Sequence record: NZ_CP011600.1 | From: a plasmid | Strand: one strand, 5' to 3' | DNA: 64,000 bases | Part shown: positions 34,817 through 46,786 of the stretch, piece by piece | Layout: every line of letters starts with the position of its first letter | How positions within the stretch are numbered: position 1 is the stretch's first letter | Notes under the pieces: generated by a model | Seen by the model: the letters and a program-made list of their open reading frames with translations, nothing else | The model's database searches: none | Told to the model about the DNA's origin: nothing | Position numbers and translations under genes: made by a program

Positions 34817-35101
34817 ACTCACACCTAAAGCCAGTCAGGATCTTGAGGATATCTGGTATTACGGCTACCACCATTTTCGGTGAGGAGAGGGCCGACAGAT
34901 ATATTAATCAGCTCTCCGCTTTTTTTTTGTTTTGGAGTGCTCATAATATCGGTACTCCCCGTCCTGAACTGGGGGAATACATATTGGCACTACCCGTTGA
35001 ATGACATATGCTTTATTTTCTGCAGACTGATACTGAAATTATTATTATCCGTATATTAAGTCAGCATCAGGATGCCGGCCGTCATCTCAACTGGGCAGTA
35101 G
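34801..35101 (+). pseudogene. parE: parE toxin gene disrupted by at least 2 frameshifts
   Basis: VKNVKLTPKASQDLEDIWYYGYHHF | GEERADRYINQLSAFF | LQTDTEIIIIRILSQHQDAGRHL is spread over three frames; a T-homopolymer sits at the shift. Confidence 0.6.
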
Positions 35102-35464
35102 TCGGCAACCACATTGCGCTGCGTGAAAACTGACAGGGTTACAGGGGTGTACCAGGTCAGAATTCACGTAGCGCATCCTCCCCTTCCCTGCTCCCTTCCT
35201 TTTTTTGTTCGATCCTGTTTGTCCTGGCATTACCCCAATTCTCCCAAAAACCGTAAAACAGCCATCAACCCGCGTCATTACTGGCTTCATGGAGGATCTG
35301 AGCAGAAAAAGGATCCTTTACGTATTTGGTTTTACCCGCAATAATGCGGGATAAGACAACAAAAGGATCCGCGCGCTGCGATTTATTGTCATGGCAGGAT
35401 CGGCCCGTCAGGTGCAAAATACCTGTATCCATAAACAGTGCGTGCGCTACGTGAAAAATAACTC

Positions 35465-36205
35465 ATGAACAGCATCATTCCCTTGCAGAATTCACCAGAA
35501 CGCGTCTCCCTGCTGCCGATCGCCCCGGGCGTTGATTTTGCGACCGCGGTGGCACTCCGGCGGATGGCCACCTCAACAGGTGCCACGCCGGCTTACCTCC
35601 TGGCGCCGGAAGTGAGCGCCCTCCTCTGGTATATGCCTGACCAGCGTCACCACATGTTGTTCGCCACCATGTGGAATACCGGGATCCGTATCGGTGAAGC
35701 CCGGACGCTCACCCCGGAATCGTTCGACCTGGATGGTCTGCGCCCTTTTGTTCGGGTGCTGTCGGAAAAAGTGCGGGCACGTCGTGGCCGGCCGCCAAAA
35801 GATGAAGTGCGTCTGGTACCGCTGACGGATGCCAGTTTTGTGCGTCAGATGGAAAGCTGGATGGTCACCACCCGCCCCCGCCGGCGTGAGCCGTTATGGC
35901 CGGTCACGGATGAGACAATGCGCAACTGGCTGAAACAGGCGGTGAAGCGGGCTGAAGCTGACGGCGTGCATTTTTCGATCCCCGTGACGCCGCATACTTT
36001 CCGTCACAGCTATATTATGCACATGCTTTATCACCGGCAGCCCAGGAAGGTCATCCAGGCACTGGCCGGGCATAAGGATCCGCGCTCGATGGAAGTCTAT
36101 ACCCGGGTATTTGCGCTGGACATGGCTGCCACCCTGGCCGTTCCCTTTACCGGTGATGGGCGAGATGCCGCGGAGATCCTTCGCTCCCTGCCCCCGGCCG
36201 GCTGA
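35465..36205 (+). CDS. tyrosine site-specific recombinase (phage-integrase family)
   Basis: 246 aa; R..HxxR..Y catalytic signature (GEARTL..., [19 protein letters not shown]). Confidence 0.7.
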   Translation: MNSIIPLQNSPERVSLLPIAPGVDFATAVALRRMATSTGATPAYLLAPEVSALLWYMPDQRHHMLFATMWNTGIRIGEARTLTPESFDLDGLRPFVRVLSEKVRARRGRPPKDEVRLVPLTDASFVRQMESWMVTTRPRRREPLWPVTDETMRNWLKQAVKRAEADGVHFSIPVTPHTFRHSYIMHMLYHRQPRKVIQALAGHKDPRSMEVYTRVFALDMAATLAVPFTGDGRDAAEILRSLPPAG

Positions 36206-36663
36206 GATTGACGGCCCTGGCATGACGTCCTGTATTCCGCTAATACGAAATACAGGAGCAGAGCGCATTCAGTGCCCCTCCCTGCTCCAGCACACCAGGA
36301 CATCATTCGGATGACTGAACAGCCGTGGTCTTGCACGGTGACCTGCAAGCCTGCAGGCATCGACATACCGCAGACAAGACAGGACACAGGCCGTACATCC
36401 CACAGTGTATTGTTTCCTGAAAGCTCAGTGAATCATCCCGTTAATTGCGAAAGTCATTCACCCCTGTGGCTCACTCCCTTCTGCCATCGGTCTCCTGTTC
36501 GCATTTAGCAGTGTGAAGCTGGCGCCGGGTTATACAGACAGCTGCAGTCTCATCCTGCCGGGCTAAACCTGCAATACACAGGGGAACGGATACCGTCAGG
36601 TAACATGACCGTCTCAGCATCCGATTGAGATTTTCGTAAGGGGTATAGAGCTTTACTGAAAAA

Positions 36664-36910
36664 TTGACTGTGGCATGTTAACACGTGTGGAGCAGTGCAC
36701 AGACCTGGGAATATCGCCGTTAAACCCGCATACCGTAGTCAATATCTGCGTATCACGGCCTGAAATCACATATGACAGTCAATATTGTTCGATCATGGCA
36801 GACATGATGGAGAACACATATTGACTGCGGTATGCGTGATGCATATCACAGTCAATGGAATGTCCTTAGCGGCATCCGGCAGTCATGTTATGCATATCGC
36901 AGTCAATTTT
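36664..36910. repeat. RepFIB iteron array, upstream set
   Basis: At least 6 copies of CATAT(C/G)(A/G)CAGTCAAT-like 15-19-mers in both orientations. Confidence 0.7.
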
Positions 36911-37925
36911 CTGGCTTCATCGCTGAGAGAGCTTCGGCCAGTTTAAGGGGATCGATGCCAGCAGCCTTCAGCGCCTTAATGACTTCGTCATAATTTTGCT
37001 CTGGCGCCTTCTCTTCTTCCTCTTTGCGCGGAACCTTCACAGGACCACTGATGAGTTTGGGGTTGCGATAATGCACGCTGAAATAGGTGGCTCGGCCACG
37101 TTTAAACTCAGTGTAATCCAGATAACCAATATCCCGCAGCTGCTCCATCGCCTTACGCACCGTGTGGTTCTGCGTATAGACATTTGAGGTGAGATTCAGC
37201 CGGTCACGCATCCGTTTCATGGAAATAGGTGCAGGATTCTGGGGAAGACTTTCGATGTAGGTATAAAGCGCCTGGGCTGATTCCTTGCGCTGCAGGGCGT
37301 CAATGGCTTTCAGCCGCAGCAGTACCCTTCTGTCCATGTGGTAAAGCTCAAACAGCTTAGGTTCAGCCTTGATATCAACGATATCCTCGTTGATATCATA
37401 ATAGGCTGACTGCACCAGATGGGTGGTCCATCCTTTGGTCTCGCTCTGGAACTTCAGCGTAACCGAGGCGAGTTTAAACAGGGAATTACTGATGCGATCG
37501 CGCATTTTTTTGTTTGAACGACGGGAGTCAAATCCGCACATCTTAACGAATTCGACGAACGACAGTTCCAGGGTGTCACTTTTTACCCCATACTCCGACA
37601 TGGAGCGAATTATCCCCAGCCAGACTTTAAAATCCGTGTCCATATCAAGACGCGAACCGGTGATCTTAACGTCAGTGTATCCTTCGCTTTTGGCAATGGA
37701 CAGCTGTACAAGCTCCTCAGTCGCGTCTGTAACGTTTTTCCGGTTCGCCTTGCTCTTCCCTGTTGATTTCAGAGTTGGGACGAAGAGACCGAGTCTCATG
37801 AGCGCTACTGGCTGCACGGTACTGGTGCTGTTGACATCCAGCTTAACAACTTCACCGGTTGTCTTATCAACCTCCTGAAGGTTCAGAAGTAAGCTGTTAT
37901 TTTCGCTCGTCATCTTGATCCTCAA
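36903..37925 (-). CDS. repB: RepFIB replication initiator RepB/RepA
   Basis: 340 aa (probable start MTSENNSLL); flanked on both sides by iterons, the IncFIB arrangement. Confidence 0.8.
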   Translation of the reverse strand: MRIKMTSENNSLLLNLQEVDKTTGEVVKLDVNSTSTVQPVALMRLGLFVPTLKSTGKSKANRKNVTDATEELVQLSIAKSEGYTDVKITGSRLDMDTDFKVWLGIIRSMSEYGVKSDTLELSFVEFVKMCGFDSRRSNKKMRDRISNSLFKLASVTLKFQSETKGWTTHLVQSAYYDINEDIVDIKAEPKLFELYHMDRRVLLRLKAIDALQRKESAQALYTYIESLPQNPAPISMKRMRDRLNLTSNVYTQNHTVRKAMEQLRDIGYLDYTEFKRGRATYFSVHYRNPKLISGPVKVPRKEEEEKAPEQNYDEVIKALKAAGIDPLKLAEALSAMKPEN

Positions 37926-37954
37926 CGGTTATCCACAAAAGGATGTAGTAATAC

Positions 37955-38375
37955 GTATCGCAGTCAACGGATATACATACCTCAGTAAATACCGTTGCAT
38001 ATCACAGTATTAGATTATGCATATAACAGTCAACATTTTACATTCCACAGTCGATCCAGACAGACGTTAAAGCCAGTTACAGCGCATGCTGGAGCGATCC
38101 GGGGATCTCTTTTGGATCTCATTATGATCTCCTTGGGATCAATTATTGGATCGAGACCATGAATAACCCAGATACAAGCCCGGAAGCGCCACACCAGATA
38201 TCCAGAACCCTGGCCTTATTTTCCTGAATACGCTCTGGAAGATTGAGATCTACAGGTACAACAATGAAACATTGACTGCGGTATGCTGAGTCGTCTTTCC
38301 TCTTCCTCGACACAGATGCGGTAAGCATCATACCATAGTCAATATATTACATACCGCAGTCAATTTCATTATTAC
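37955..38375. repeat. RepFIB iteron array, downstream set
   Basis: The same iteron family (CGCAGTCAAC, CAGTCAAT, ATTGACTGCGGTATG) recurs several times. Confidence 0.65.
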
Positions 38376-38654
38376 TGGCTGATCCCGAGCCATCTTTAGC
38401 AACCCGACGTACGTGCAATCTGTGAATTCTGTGATTTTCCGCTTCCTCGCCGCTTTCTCACTGTGTGAGATCGCTTACTGCGGCGAGCGGCAGTGATTAA
38501 TATTGCCTGCGGTATGTACTCTTTTGTAATCCCCTGCGTTCTTTCATTACCCAATGTGGTTCACTTTGCACTTTTTCGTGTACTTTGCGATTTTATTGTT
38601 GCTTTGCAATGAATTCCAAGATTTAATAAAATAATGCAAAGTGATGATTAAAGG

Positions 38655-39830
38655 ATGTTCAGTATGGGACTCATGGATACACTCAACCAGTGCATAAGTG
38701 CTGGTCATGAAATGACGAAAGCAATCGCCATTGCACAGTTTAATGATGACAGTCCGGAAGCCCGGAAAATAACCCGGCGCTGGAGGATTGGTGAAGCGGC
38801 AGATTTAGTTGGCGTGTCATCTCAGGCTATCAGGGATGCCGAGAAAGCTGGCCGGCTGCCGCACCCTGATATGGAAACCCGTGGGAGAGTTGAGCAACGC
38901 GTTGGTTATACCATCGAACAAATCAATCACATGCGGGATGTATTTGGTACACGACTGCGCCGTGCTGAAGATGCGTTTCCGCCGGTGATTGGCGTTGCAG
39001 CTCACAAAGGTGGTGTTTACAAAACCTCAGTATCCGTTCACCTGGCTCAGGATCTTGCTCTGAAAGGACTCCGTGTTCTGCTTGTTGAAGGCAATGACCC
39101 ACAGGGAACTGCTTCTATGTATCACGGATGGGTGCCCGATCTTCATATTCATGCTGAGGACACTCTCCTGCCCTTTTATCTTGGGGAAAAGGATGACGCC
39201 AGCTACGCTATAAAGCCCACCTGCTGGCCTGGCCTTGATATCATCCCGTCCTGTCTGGCACTGCACCGCATTGAAACCGAGCTGATGGGGAAATTTGACG
39301 AAGGCAAATTACCTGCTGACCCGCACCTGATGCTCCGTCTGGCCATTGAAACTGTCGCTCATGATTATGACGTGATAGTTATCGACAGCGCACCCAACCT
39401 TGGTATCGGTACGATAAATGTTGTATGCGCTGCTGATGTTCTGATTGTCCCTACTCCGGCAGAGCTGTTCGACTACACCTCCGCACTGCAGTTTTTCGAT
39501 ATGCTTCGTGACCTGCTTAAGAACGTGGATCTTAAAGGCTTCGAGCCAGATGTCCGTATTCTGCTTACCAAATACAGTAATAATAATGGCTCGCAGTCCC
39601 CGTGGATGGAAGAACAAATTCGGGATGCCTGGGGAAGCATGGTCCTTAAAAATGTTGTGCGCGAAACGGATGAAGTCGGCAAAGGTCAGATCCGTATGAG
39701 AACCGTTTTTGAACAGGCTATTGATCAACGTTCTTCAACCGGTGCCTGGCGTAATGCCCTCTCTATCTGGGAGCCTGTTTGCAATGAGATTTTTGATCGT
39801 CTGATTAAACCACGCTGGGAGATTAGATAA
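38655..39830 (+). CDS. sopA: partition ATPase SopA (ParA family)
   Basis: 391 aa; very close to F-plasmid SopA from memory; Walker A KGGVYKTS; the promoter region carries CTTTGC repeats. Confidence 0.9.
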   Translation: MFSMGLMDTLNQCISAGHEMTKAIAIAQFNDDSPEARKITRRWRIGEAADLVGVSSQAIRDAEKAGRLPHPDMETRGRVEQRVGYTIEQINHMRDVFGTRLRRAEDAFPPVIGVAAHKGGVYKTSVSVHLAQDLALKGLRVLLVEGNDPQGTASMYHGWVPDLHIHAEDTLLPFYLGEKDDASYAIKPTCWPGLDIIPSCLALHRIETELMGKFDEGKLPADPHLMLRLAIETVAHDYDVIVIDSAPNLGIGTINVVCAADVLIVPTPAELFDYTSALQFFDMLRDLLKNVDLKGFEPDVRILLTKYSNNNGSQSPWMEEQIRDAWGSMVLKNVVRETDEVGKGQIRMRTVFEQAIDQRSSTGAWRNALSIWEPVCNEIFDRLIKPRWEIR

Positions 39831-40801
39831 TGAAGCGTGCTCCTGTCATTCCAAGACATACCACACATACTCAATCGACTGAAGATACTTCATCACCGGC
39901 GCCGGCCGCGCCGATGGTGGATTCATTAATTGCGCGCGTGGGTGCTATGGCCCGCGGTAATGCAATCTCTCTTCCGGTAAGTGGACGGGAAGTAAAATTT
40001 ACCCTTGAGGTGCTCCGGGGAGACTCTGTTGAGAGCGCTTCACGCGTATGGTCAGGCAATGAGCGCGATCAGGAACTACTTACCGAAGATGCTCTGGATG
40101 ATCTCATTCCTTCATTTTTACTGACCGGTCAGCAGACTCCAGCTTTCGGCCGCCGGGTTTCTGATGTCATAGAAATTGCAGACGGCAGCCGTCGCCGTAA
40201 AGCCGCAATCCTGACGGAAAGTGATTATCGCGTTCTGGTTGGTGAACTGGACGATGAGCAGATGGCTGCATTGTCCCGACTGGGTAACGATTATCGGCCG
40301 ACGAGTGCTTATGAACGTGGCCTGCGTTATACAAGCCGGCTGCAGAATGAGTTTGCAGGAAATATTTCTGCGCTTGCCGATGCGGAAAACATTTCACGTA
40401 AGATCATTACCCGCTGTATTAATACGGCCAAACTGCCTAAATCCGTTGTTGCCCTGTTTGCACATCCTGGAGAACTGTCTGCCCGGTCAGGTGAAGCCCT
40501 TCAGAAGGCTTTTGCAGATAAAGAAGAATTACTGAAGCAGCAGGCTGAGACTCTCCACGATCAGAAGAAAGCGGGACTAATCTTTGAAGCTGAAGAGGTC
40601 ATTAGTCTTTTAACATCCGTACTGAAACAATCTCCCGCATCAAGAGTTAATCTGAGCTCACGTCATCAGTTTGCTCCAGGGGCAACAGCATTGTATAAGG
40701 GCGATAAAATGGTGCTTAACCTGGATAAGTCCCGCATTCCTGCGGAGTGTATAGAGAAAATAGAAGCCATTCTTAAGGAGCTTGAGAAACCAGGAGTCTG
40801 A
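39830..40801 (+). CDS. sopB: centromere-binding protein SopB (ParB family)
   Basis: 323 aa; ATGA overlap with sopA. Confidence 0.9.
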   Translation: MKRAPVIPRHTTHTQSTEDTSSPAPAAPMVDSLIARVGAMARGNAISLPVSGREVKFTLEVLRGDSVESASRVWSGNERDQELLTEDALDDLIPSFLLTGQQTPAFGRRVSDVIEIADGSRRRKAAILTESDYRVLVGELDDEQMAALSRLGNDYRPTSAYERGLRYTSRLQNEFAGNISALADAENISRKIITRCINTAKLPKSVVALFAHPGELSARSGEALQKAFADKEELLKQQAETLHDQKKAGLIFEAEEVISLLTSVLKQSPASRVNLSSRHQFAPGATALYKGDKMVLNLDKSRIPAECIEKIEAILKELEKPGV

Positions 40802-40883
40802 TGCGGACACGCATTAGTCTACGGTGATCTCCCTTTACTTCATTTCCTTTCTCACAGGCCAGAAAACATAACTGGCCTGAATA

Positions 40884-41652
40884 TTCTCTCTGGGACCACG
40901 GTCCCACCTGCGTCATCTGTCAGCTTATCTGCCTTGGACCACGGTCCCACCTGCATCGCCGGTCAGGTTATCTCCCTGGGACCACGGTCCCACCTGCATC
41001 GTCGGTCAGCTTATCTGCCTGGGACCACGGTCCCACCTGCATCGCCGGTCAGGTAATCTGTCTGGGACCACGGTCCCACCTGCGTCATCGGTCAGGTTAT
41101 CTGACTGGGACCACGGTCCCACCTGCGTCGTCGGTCAGGTTATCTGCCTGGGACCACGGTCCCACCTGCGTCATCGGTCAGCTTATCTGTCTGGGACCAC
41201 GGTCCCACCTGCGTCATCGGTCAGCTTATCTGTCTGGGACCACGGTCCCACCTGCATCGTCTGTCAGGTTATCTGCCTGGGACCACGGTCTCACCTGCGT
41301 CATCGGTCAGGTTATCTGTCTGGGACCACGGTCCCACCTGCGTCGTCGGTCAGGTTATCTGACTGGGACCACGGTCCCACCTGCGTCATCGGTCAGGTTA
41401 TCTGTCTGGGACCACGGTCCCACCTGCGTCATCGGTCAGGTAATCTGCCTGGGACCACGGTCCCACCTGCGTCATCGGTCAGCTTATCTGCCTGGGACCA
41501 CGGTCCCACCTGCATCGTCTGTCAGCTTATCTGCCTGGGACCACGGTCCCACCTGCGTCGTCGGTCAGGTAATCTGCCTGGGACCACGGTCCCACCTGCA
41601 TCGTCGGTCAGGTAATCTGCCTGGGAGCACGGTCCCACCTGCATCGTCGGCA
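40884..41652 (+). repeat. sopC: sopC-like centromere: about 18 tandem 43-bp repeats, each with the inverted core GGGACCACGGTCCCA
   Basis: Period-43 array seen directly; repeats are contiguous with no unique spacers, so this is not CRISPR. Confidence 0.85.
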
Positions 41653-42126
41653 CATTATTAGTTTGGGACAACGGTTAAGCAATGCCTGTCACGAACAGGT
41701 ATTGGCTTGTCGCCAGCAACCTGTTGAGCGGAGTAATCACGCAGCAGGGCGGCTATTACAGGTGATGGTGAAAGCTCTGTTGGGATCTGAACGAAGCATG
41801 TTGAGTGAAATTTGCAAAATTTCGCGGGGTGTGCGGCTTAATTTTAAATTTCCGCCAGCATTTTTAAAACCAGCTGCCGCCGCTGCGCGTTGGCCGGTCC
41901 TTCGTCCGGCCGGTAACCAGTCCCGGCCGTTCTTACGACCCTGGATGAACATGGTCCCGTCATCAGCGTCTCCAGTGTGATGTCGTTTGTCACGCCGTCC
42001 GAGGGGATATCAGGGACACAACATATGGTAGAAAAAGCAGCTGTCTGAGACACAATATATTGATTATCCACAGTAACGGGGGATAACCGTGTGGGTAACA
42101 TATTGAAAGTCCAACACGTTATCTGA

Positions 42127-42432
42127 TTAACTGACTTTGTAAACGCCGCTGAACCATGAAAAAAATCCGGGGGAATCATCACAGCGCATAAACATACCGT
42201 TATGTTTTTGGGTGACGGCAAGGAGGCCCCTGTTATCACCACATACCTTGTCAAAGGTTTCCATTCCTATCCTTATCAGGCTCTTTTCGTTATTTTCGGG
42301 AGAGATCCGGAGATGTTTTGTCAGCCAGACAGGATAGGTATCAGCGTTACGCCAGTACTGCAATTCAATCACTGAAGCCATTCCCCAGACAGTGAAGAAT
42401 AAGAAAACCACACCTGCGATTTTGCTACCCAT
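42127..42432 (-). CDS. hypothetical small membrane protein (101 aa)
   Basis: AAGGAA SD; hydrophobic N-terminus MGSKIAGVVFLFFTVWGMASV. Confidence 0.4.
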   Translation of the reverse strand: MGSKIAGVVFLFFTVWGMASVIELQYWRNADTYPVWLTKHLRISPENNEKSLIRIGMETFDKVCGDNRGLLAVTQKHNGMFMRCDDSPGFFSWFSGVYKVS

Positions 42433-42485
42433 ATTGTTCCTTAACATTGATTTAATACATTCCTTGCTCCTCGCACCGGAGCACA

Positions 42486-42737
42486 TCACAGATACTGATT
42501 GAGATCCACTCCACGCAGCGGCTGGTTTTGACGTTCTGTGATCAATTGCACCAGGTCTTTTTCGTCCAGCGCATCGAGCATTTGTTCATACAGAGCCGCG
42601 GGCACACAATAAAAAACAGGGCGGTTGCGGTCAATAATCGCGACCGGGTAGCCGCCGCCGGCACTGGCGGTGGCCACCGGATCGTTTTTAAGTTCGCTGA
42701 CGCTGGCAGTCACATCACACAGAATGATGTTTGTCAT
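42486..42737 (-). CDS. Phd/YefM-YafN-like antitoxin-domain protein
   Basis: 83 aa from MTNIILCDVTASVSELKNDP...VAIIDRNRPVFYCVPAALYEQMLDALDE; pattern resembles YafN, which follows dinB in E. coli. Confidence 0.5.
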   Translation of the reverse strand: MTNIILCDVTASVSELKNDPVATASAGGGYPVAIIDRNRPVFYCVPAALYEQMLDALDEKDLVQLITERQNQPLRGVDLNQYL

Positions 42738-42815
42738 GGTTCCCCCCTGAGACAAGTCATCTGTATGATCGGTAAAGTAAGCTCTGGCGGCAAGTCCCTT
42801 CTGTCATTTCAACGG

Positions 42816-44087
42816 TCAGAAACGGGCAACCGGCAGCTCCTTCCAGCGGGTGGTATATGCCGGTGACAGCATCTCCCGTTTCATCTGCCAGTCCGGCGCA
42901 ATACCCCGTCCGGCAAACCAGACTTTCCCGAGTCCGGAATGATTAATACCGTCGAGCACCTTCATCAGCGCATCGCTGTGCGGCCGTGGCTGCACGTCAT
43001 CGAACAGATTCAGCTGTGCAACGCCGTTCGGGCTGAAATCATTGAGCATTATCCCCGCTTTTGCGTAGCGGTGGCCATCGAGCCAGATCCTGTCCAGAGA
43101 CCTGACCGCTGCCGCTATAATGTCCCGGGTGTCACGGGTAGGGGTGTTCAGTTTCTCAGTGGCCACGTTACCGTAGTACGGTTCATTAACCGCAAAAGGG
43201 GAGGTTTTGATGAAGATGCTGATATGCCGGCAGTACTGCCGCTCACCTCGCAACTTTTCTGCTGCGCGCTCGGCGTACTGGCAGACGGCCTGGCGCATTT
43301 CTTCATAGGTGGTGATCCGCTGCCCGAAGCTGCGACTGCAGACAATCTGCTGTTTCGGCGGCGGCGCTTCCTCCAGTGAAATGCAACTCTCGCCGTTCAG
43401 CTCACGTACCGTGCGCTCCAGCACTACGTTGAAGTTTTTGCGGATAAACGCGGGGTTCGTCAGCGACAGCTGCAGGGCGGTGGTGATCCCCATAACGTGC
43501 AGCTTTTTCGCTATCCGGTTCCCCACGCCCCATATTTCTTCCACCGGCTGCAGGCTGAGTAATTTTGCCGTCCTGCGTGGATTATCGGGCGACAGCGCCA
43601 GCACCCCCCTGAATTGTGGCCATTCCTTTGACGCCCACTGCGCCGATTTGGCCAGTGTTTTTGTGGCGCCGCAGCCGACACCGATCGTCAGTCCGGTTCC
43701 ACTGAGAACGTGCCCACGCAACTGCCTGCCAAAATCCTCCAGATCCATACATTGGCCAATTCCCCGGGCATCCAGGAAACATTCGTCTATCGAGTATTGT
43801 TCGACGCGGGGAGACAGCTCCTCCAGCAGGGCGACCACGCGGTTACTCAGGCTAGCGTAGAGCTCGTAATTGCTGGAAAAAACGTACAGTTTTTCAGGAA
43901 ACTGCGCCTCTTTGAGCTGGAACCAGGGGGTTCCCATCTTTATACCCAGCCGTTTGGCTTCAGCACTCCGGGCAATAACGCAGCCATCGTTGTTACTGAG
44001 AACGACGACCGGTTTTCCGCGCAAATCCGGCCTGAAAACCCTCTCGCAACTGGCGTAGAAGGAGTTGACGTCGGCCAGGGCGAACAT
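42816..44087 (-). CDS. umuC: error-prone DNA polymerase V catalytic subunit UmuC (Y-family)
   Basis: 423 aa; [16 protein letters not shown]-terminus. Confidence 0.9.
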   Translation of the reverse strand: MFALADVNSFYASCERVFRPDLRGKPVVVLSNNDGCVIARSAEAKRLGIKMGTPWFQLKEAQFPEKLYVFSSNYELYASLSNRVVALLEELSPRVEQYSIDECFLDARGIGQCMDLEDFGRQLRGHVLSGTGLTIGVGCGATKTLAKSAQWASKEWPQFRGVLALSPDNPRRTAKLLSLQPVEEIWGVGNRIAKKLHVMGITTALQLSLTNPAFIRKNFNVVLERTVRELNGESCISLEEAPPPKQQIVCSRSFGQRITTYEEMRQAVCQYAERAAEKLRGERQYCRHISIFIKTSPFAVNEPYYGNVATEKLNTPTRDTRDIIAAAVRSLDRIWLDGHRYAKAGIMLNDFSPNGVAQLNLFDDVQPRPHSDALMKVLDGINHSGLGKVWFAGRGIAPDWQMKREMLSPAYTTRWKELPVARF

Positions 44088-44512
44088 CAGTCTGTCCCCC
44101 GGGTTTTATGAATGAAGGCCGTCACCACACCGAAAATTTGCAGCGTTTCCGGATCCGGGTACAGGGAAGGGAAGTCCGGGTTCATCGCCTGCAAGGCCGG
44201 CCGTGGCGTCAGAAGCAGGCGTTTTACCGTAAATTCACCCTCAATTTCCGCGATAACAATATCCCCGTGCCGCGGCTGTTCTGCTTTATCCACGACCATC
44301 AGATCGCCGGAATAGAGGCCAATATCAGTCATTGAGTTGCCAATCGCCCTGACAAAATAGGTGGAGTGGCGCCGGTGAATGCAGTACTCATTCAGATCCA
44401 GTTCAGACTCAGTGTAGTCCGCAGCCGGTGACGGAAAACCCGCAGGGCATCGCTCTGTGAACAAAGGAATTTTTACTATGCTGGCTTCTGATACTGCAGG
44501 AATGAACTTCAT
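44087..44512 (-). CDS. umuD: UmuD (LexA-like S24 peptidase)
   Basis: 141 aa from MKFIPAV; Ser (GNSM) and Lys (KRL) dyad; ATGA overlap with umuC. Confidence 0.85.
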   Translation of the reverse strand: MKFIPAVSEASIVKIPLFTERCPAGFPSPAADYTESELDLNEYCIHRRHSTYFVRAIGNSMTDIGLYSGDLMVVDKAEQPRHGDIVIAEIEGEFTVKRLLLTPRPALQAMNPDFPSLYPDPETLQIFGVVTAFIHKTRGTD

Positions 44513-44532
44513 CGTATTTTCCCCTCGCTTGA

Positions 44533-44552
44533 AACTGTATATATATACAGTG
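44533..44552. promoter_or_regulatory. LexA (SOS) box
   Basis: AACTGTATATATATACAGTG carries the CTGT-N8-ACAG consensus, 20 bp upstream of umuD. Confidence 0.8.
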
Positions 44553-45863
44553 TGCGCCGGGAGACCGGTAAAGATCAAGGGGTGAAAGTCCCCGACCATT
44601 GAAGGACCAGCAATCCACAGGGTCCCTGAGTCATGCGTTGTATACCGTGAGGTATGGGGCGAAGCGTTGACAGGGGTGTTGACAGGCCAGCCATTGAGCC
44701 ACGAAATGTATATTAAATTCCCGGGTGCCGACGTTGTACTGTTTACGGAAGGCAACATCATAGGGTGCGTTACTGCGAGTGCCATATGGACCCGGCGGGG
44801 TCTGAGACCCTGGCATGTCAATACGATCTTTACGCGGGAACCGGGAGATCTCCCCTCTGACCATCTGCCAGTGCCGGAGATGGCCCGCACCGGGAAGGCG
44901 AGGAGCCGAAGCCGGTGATGTACGGAGAGGAGAAGTCGGACTTGCTCATAGTAGCTGCGAAGCTGGCGAACAATCCGCAAGGAGCGGAGTCAGTGGAGCG
45001 AAGGAGCGGGGCCAAGGGAAACGCGGAACAGCCACACATGCGCCGGACGCAGAGCCGGGAAAGTATGTCACAGAGGCTGTCACGCGTGCGGGAAGCTGCG
45101 AAGCAGCGGAAGAAAGAACGGTTTACCGCATTGTTCCACCTCCTGACAGCAGAGGCACTGGAGAACGCATTCCTCTCCCTGAGCAGGAAAGCGGCTGCCG
45201 GAGTTGATGGTGTCAGGTGGAAGGACTACGCCGAAAACCTGAAGGTCAACATAGCAGATCTGCACCGGAGGCTTCATCAGGGCAGTTACAGGGCTCAGCC
45301 CGGCAGGCGGCACTACATCCCGAAAGCGGATGGAAAACAGCGCCCGCTCGGCATCGCCTCACTGGAGGACAAAATCGTCCAGTATGCGCTGGTTAAGATC
45401 CTGAATGCAGTCTACGAAAATGACTTTATGGGGTTTTCATACGGGTTCAGACCCGGGCGAAGCCAGCACAATGCGCTGGACGCACTGGCCACAGGGCTGG
45501 TTCGGACCAATGTAAACTGGGTACTGGATGCCGATATCAGTCAGTTCTTCGACAAGGTAAGCCATGAATGGCTAATCAGGTTCATAGAACACAGAATCGG
45601 CGACCAGAGGGTAATCAGGCTCATACGAAAGTGGCTCACAGCCGGGACCTCAGAGGAAGGAGAATGGCGGGCATCGGAGGAAGGCACCCCACAGGGTGCG
45701 GTTATCTCGCCGCTGCTGGCAAACATCTACCTCCACTATGTCTTCGATCTGTGGGCGCATCAGTGGCGACGCCGCCATGCCACAGGCAATGTGGTCATGG
45801 TCAGATACGCAGATGACATAGTCATCGGGTTCGACAAGCGAATCGACGCTCAATGCTTTCGTA
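44552..45863 (+). mobile_element. group II intron fragment (5' RNA domains plus a 3'-truncated IEP ORF), cut by IS26
   Basis: Begins GTGCG immediately after the LexA box; structured GC-rich about 360-nt leader; intron-encoded RT ORF. Confidence 0.6.
44915..45863 (+). pseudogene. group II intron reverse transcriptase/maturase, 3'-truncated (RT domains 0-5 only)
   Basis: RT motifs ...IPKADGKQRPLGIASLEDKIVQ..., FMGFSYGFRPGRSQHNAL, VRYADDIVIG (YADD); the X/maturase and En domains are missing because the ORF runs into the IS26 IR. Confidence 0.8.
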
Positions 45864-46683
45864 GGCACTGTTGCAAATAGTCGGTGGTGATAAACTTATC
45901 ATCCCCTTTTGCTGATGGAGCTGCACATGAACCCATTCAAAGGCCGGCATTTTCAGCGTGACATCATTCTGTGGGCCGTACGCTGGTACTGCAAATACGG
46001 CATCAGTTACCGTGAGCTGCAGGAGATGCTGGCTGAACGCGGAGTGAATGTCGATCACTCCACGATTTACCGCTGGGTTCAGCGTTATGCGCCTGAAATG
46101 GAAAAACGGCTGCGCTGGTACTGGCGTAACCCTTCCGATCTTTGCCCGTGGCACATGGATGAAACCTACGTGAAGGTCAATGGCCGCTGGGCGTATCTGT
46201 ACCGGGCCGTCGACAGCCGGGGCCGCACTGTCGATTTTTATCTCTCCTCCCGTCGTAACAGCAAAGCTGCATACCGGTTTCTGGGTAAAATCCTCAACAA
46301 CGTGAAGAAGTGGCAGATCCCACGATTCATCAACACGGATAAAGCGCCCGCCTATGGTCGCGCGCTTGCTCTGCTCAAACGCGAAGGCCGGTGCCCGTCT
46401 GACGTTGAACACCGACAGATTAAGTACCGGAACAACGTGATTGAATGCGATCATGGCAAACTGAAACGGATAATCAACGCCACGCTGGGATTTAAATCCA
46501 TGAAGACGGCTTACGCCACCATCAAAGGTATTGAGGTGATGCGTGCACTACGCAAAGGCCAGGCCTCAGCATTTTATTATGGTGATCCCCTGGGCGAAAT
46601 GCGCCTGGTAAGCAGAGTTTTTGAAATGTAAGGCCTTTGAATAAGACAAAAGGCTGCCTCATCGCTAACTTTGCAACAGTGCC
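45864..46683 (+). mobile_element. IS26 (820 bp), inverted relative to the copy at 22772
   Basis: Exact 14-bp IRs; the flanks CTTTCGTA and TTCTGACG give no target-site duplication. Confidence 0.9.
45909..46631 (+). CDS. tnpA: IS26 transposase Tnp26
   Basis: Identical to the ORF at 22824-23546. Confidence 0.9.
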   Translation: MLMELHMNPFKGRHFQRDIILWAVRWYCKYGISYRELQEMLAERGVNVDHSTIYRWVQRYAPEMEKRLRWYWRNPSDLCPWHMDETYVKVNGRWAYLYRAVDSRGRTVDFYLSSRRNSKAAYRFLGKILNNVKKWQIPRFINTDKAPAYGRALALLKREGRCPSDVEHRQIKYRNNVIECDHGKLKRIINATLGFKSMKTAYATIKGIEVMRALRKGQASAFYYGDPLGEMRLVSRVFEM

Positions 46684-46786
46684 TTCTGACGCCGGACATC
46701 GGCGGTACGGCAAAAACCGCGGATGTGACCAACGCCGTGGTTGAATTTATCACCTCGAAGGCAACCGTAGCTGAGACGGCATAACG
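46684..46786 (+). pseudogene. 3' remnant of a tartrate/isocitrate-dehydrogenase-family gene (ttuC-like), truncated by IS26
   Basis: In-frame C-terminus ...LTPDIGGTAKTADVTNAVVEFITSKATVAETA*; weak identification. Confidence 0.4.

Noticed and set aside
40884-41652. Possible CRISPR array, given the regular 43-bp periodicity
   Set aside because: The repeats are contiguous with no unique spacers, each contains the SopB-binding inverted core, and the array sits immediately downstream of sopAB. This is a sopC centromere.
41844-42254. 136-aa ORF overlapping the 101-aa membrane-protein gene
   Set aside because: It overlaps 42127-42432 on the same strand in another frame, has no SD, and has an implausible composition. 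The 42127-42432 ORF has a good SD.
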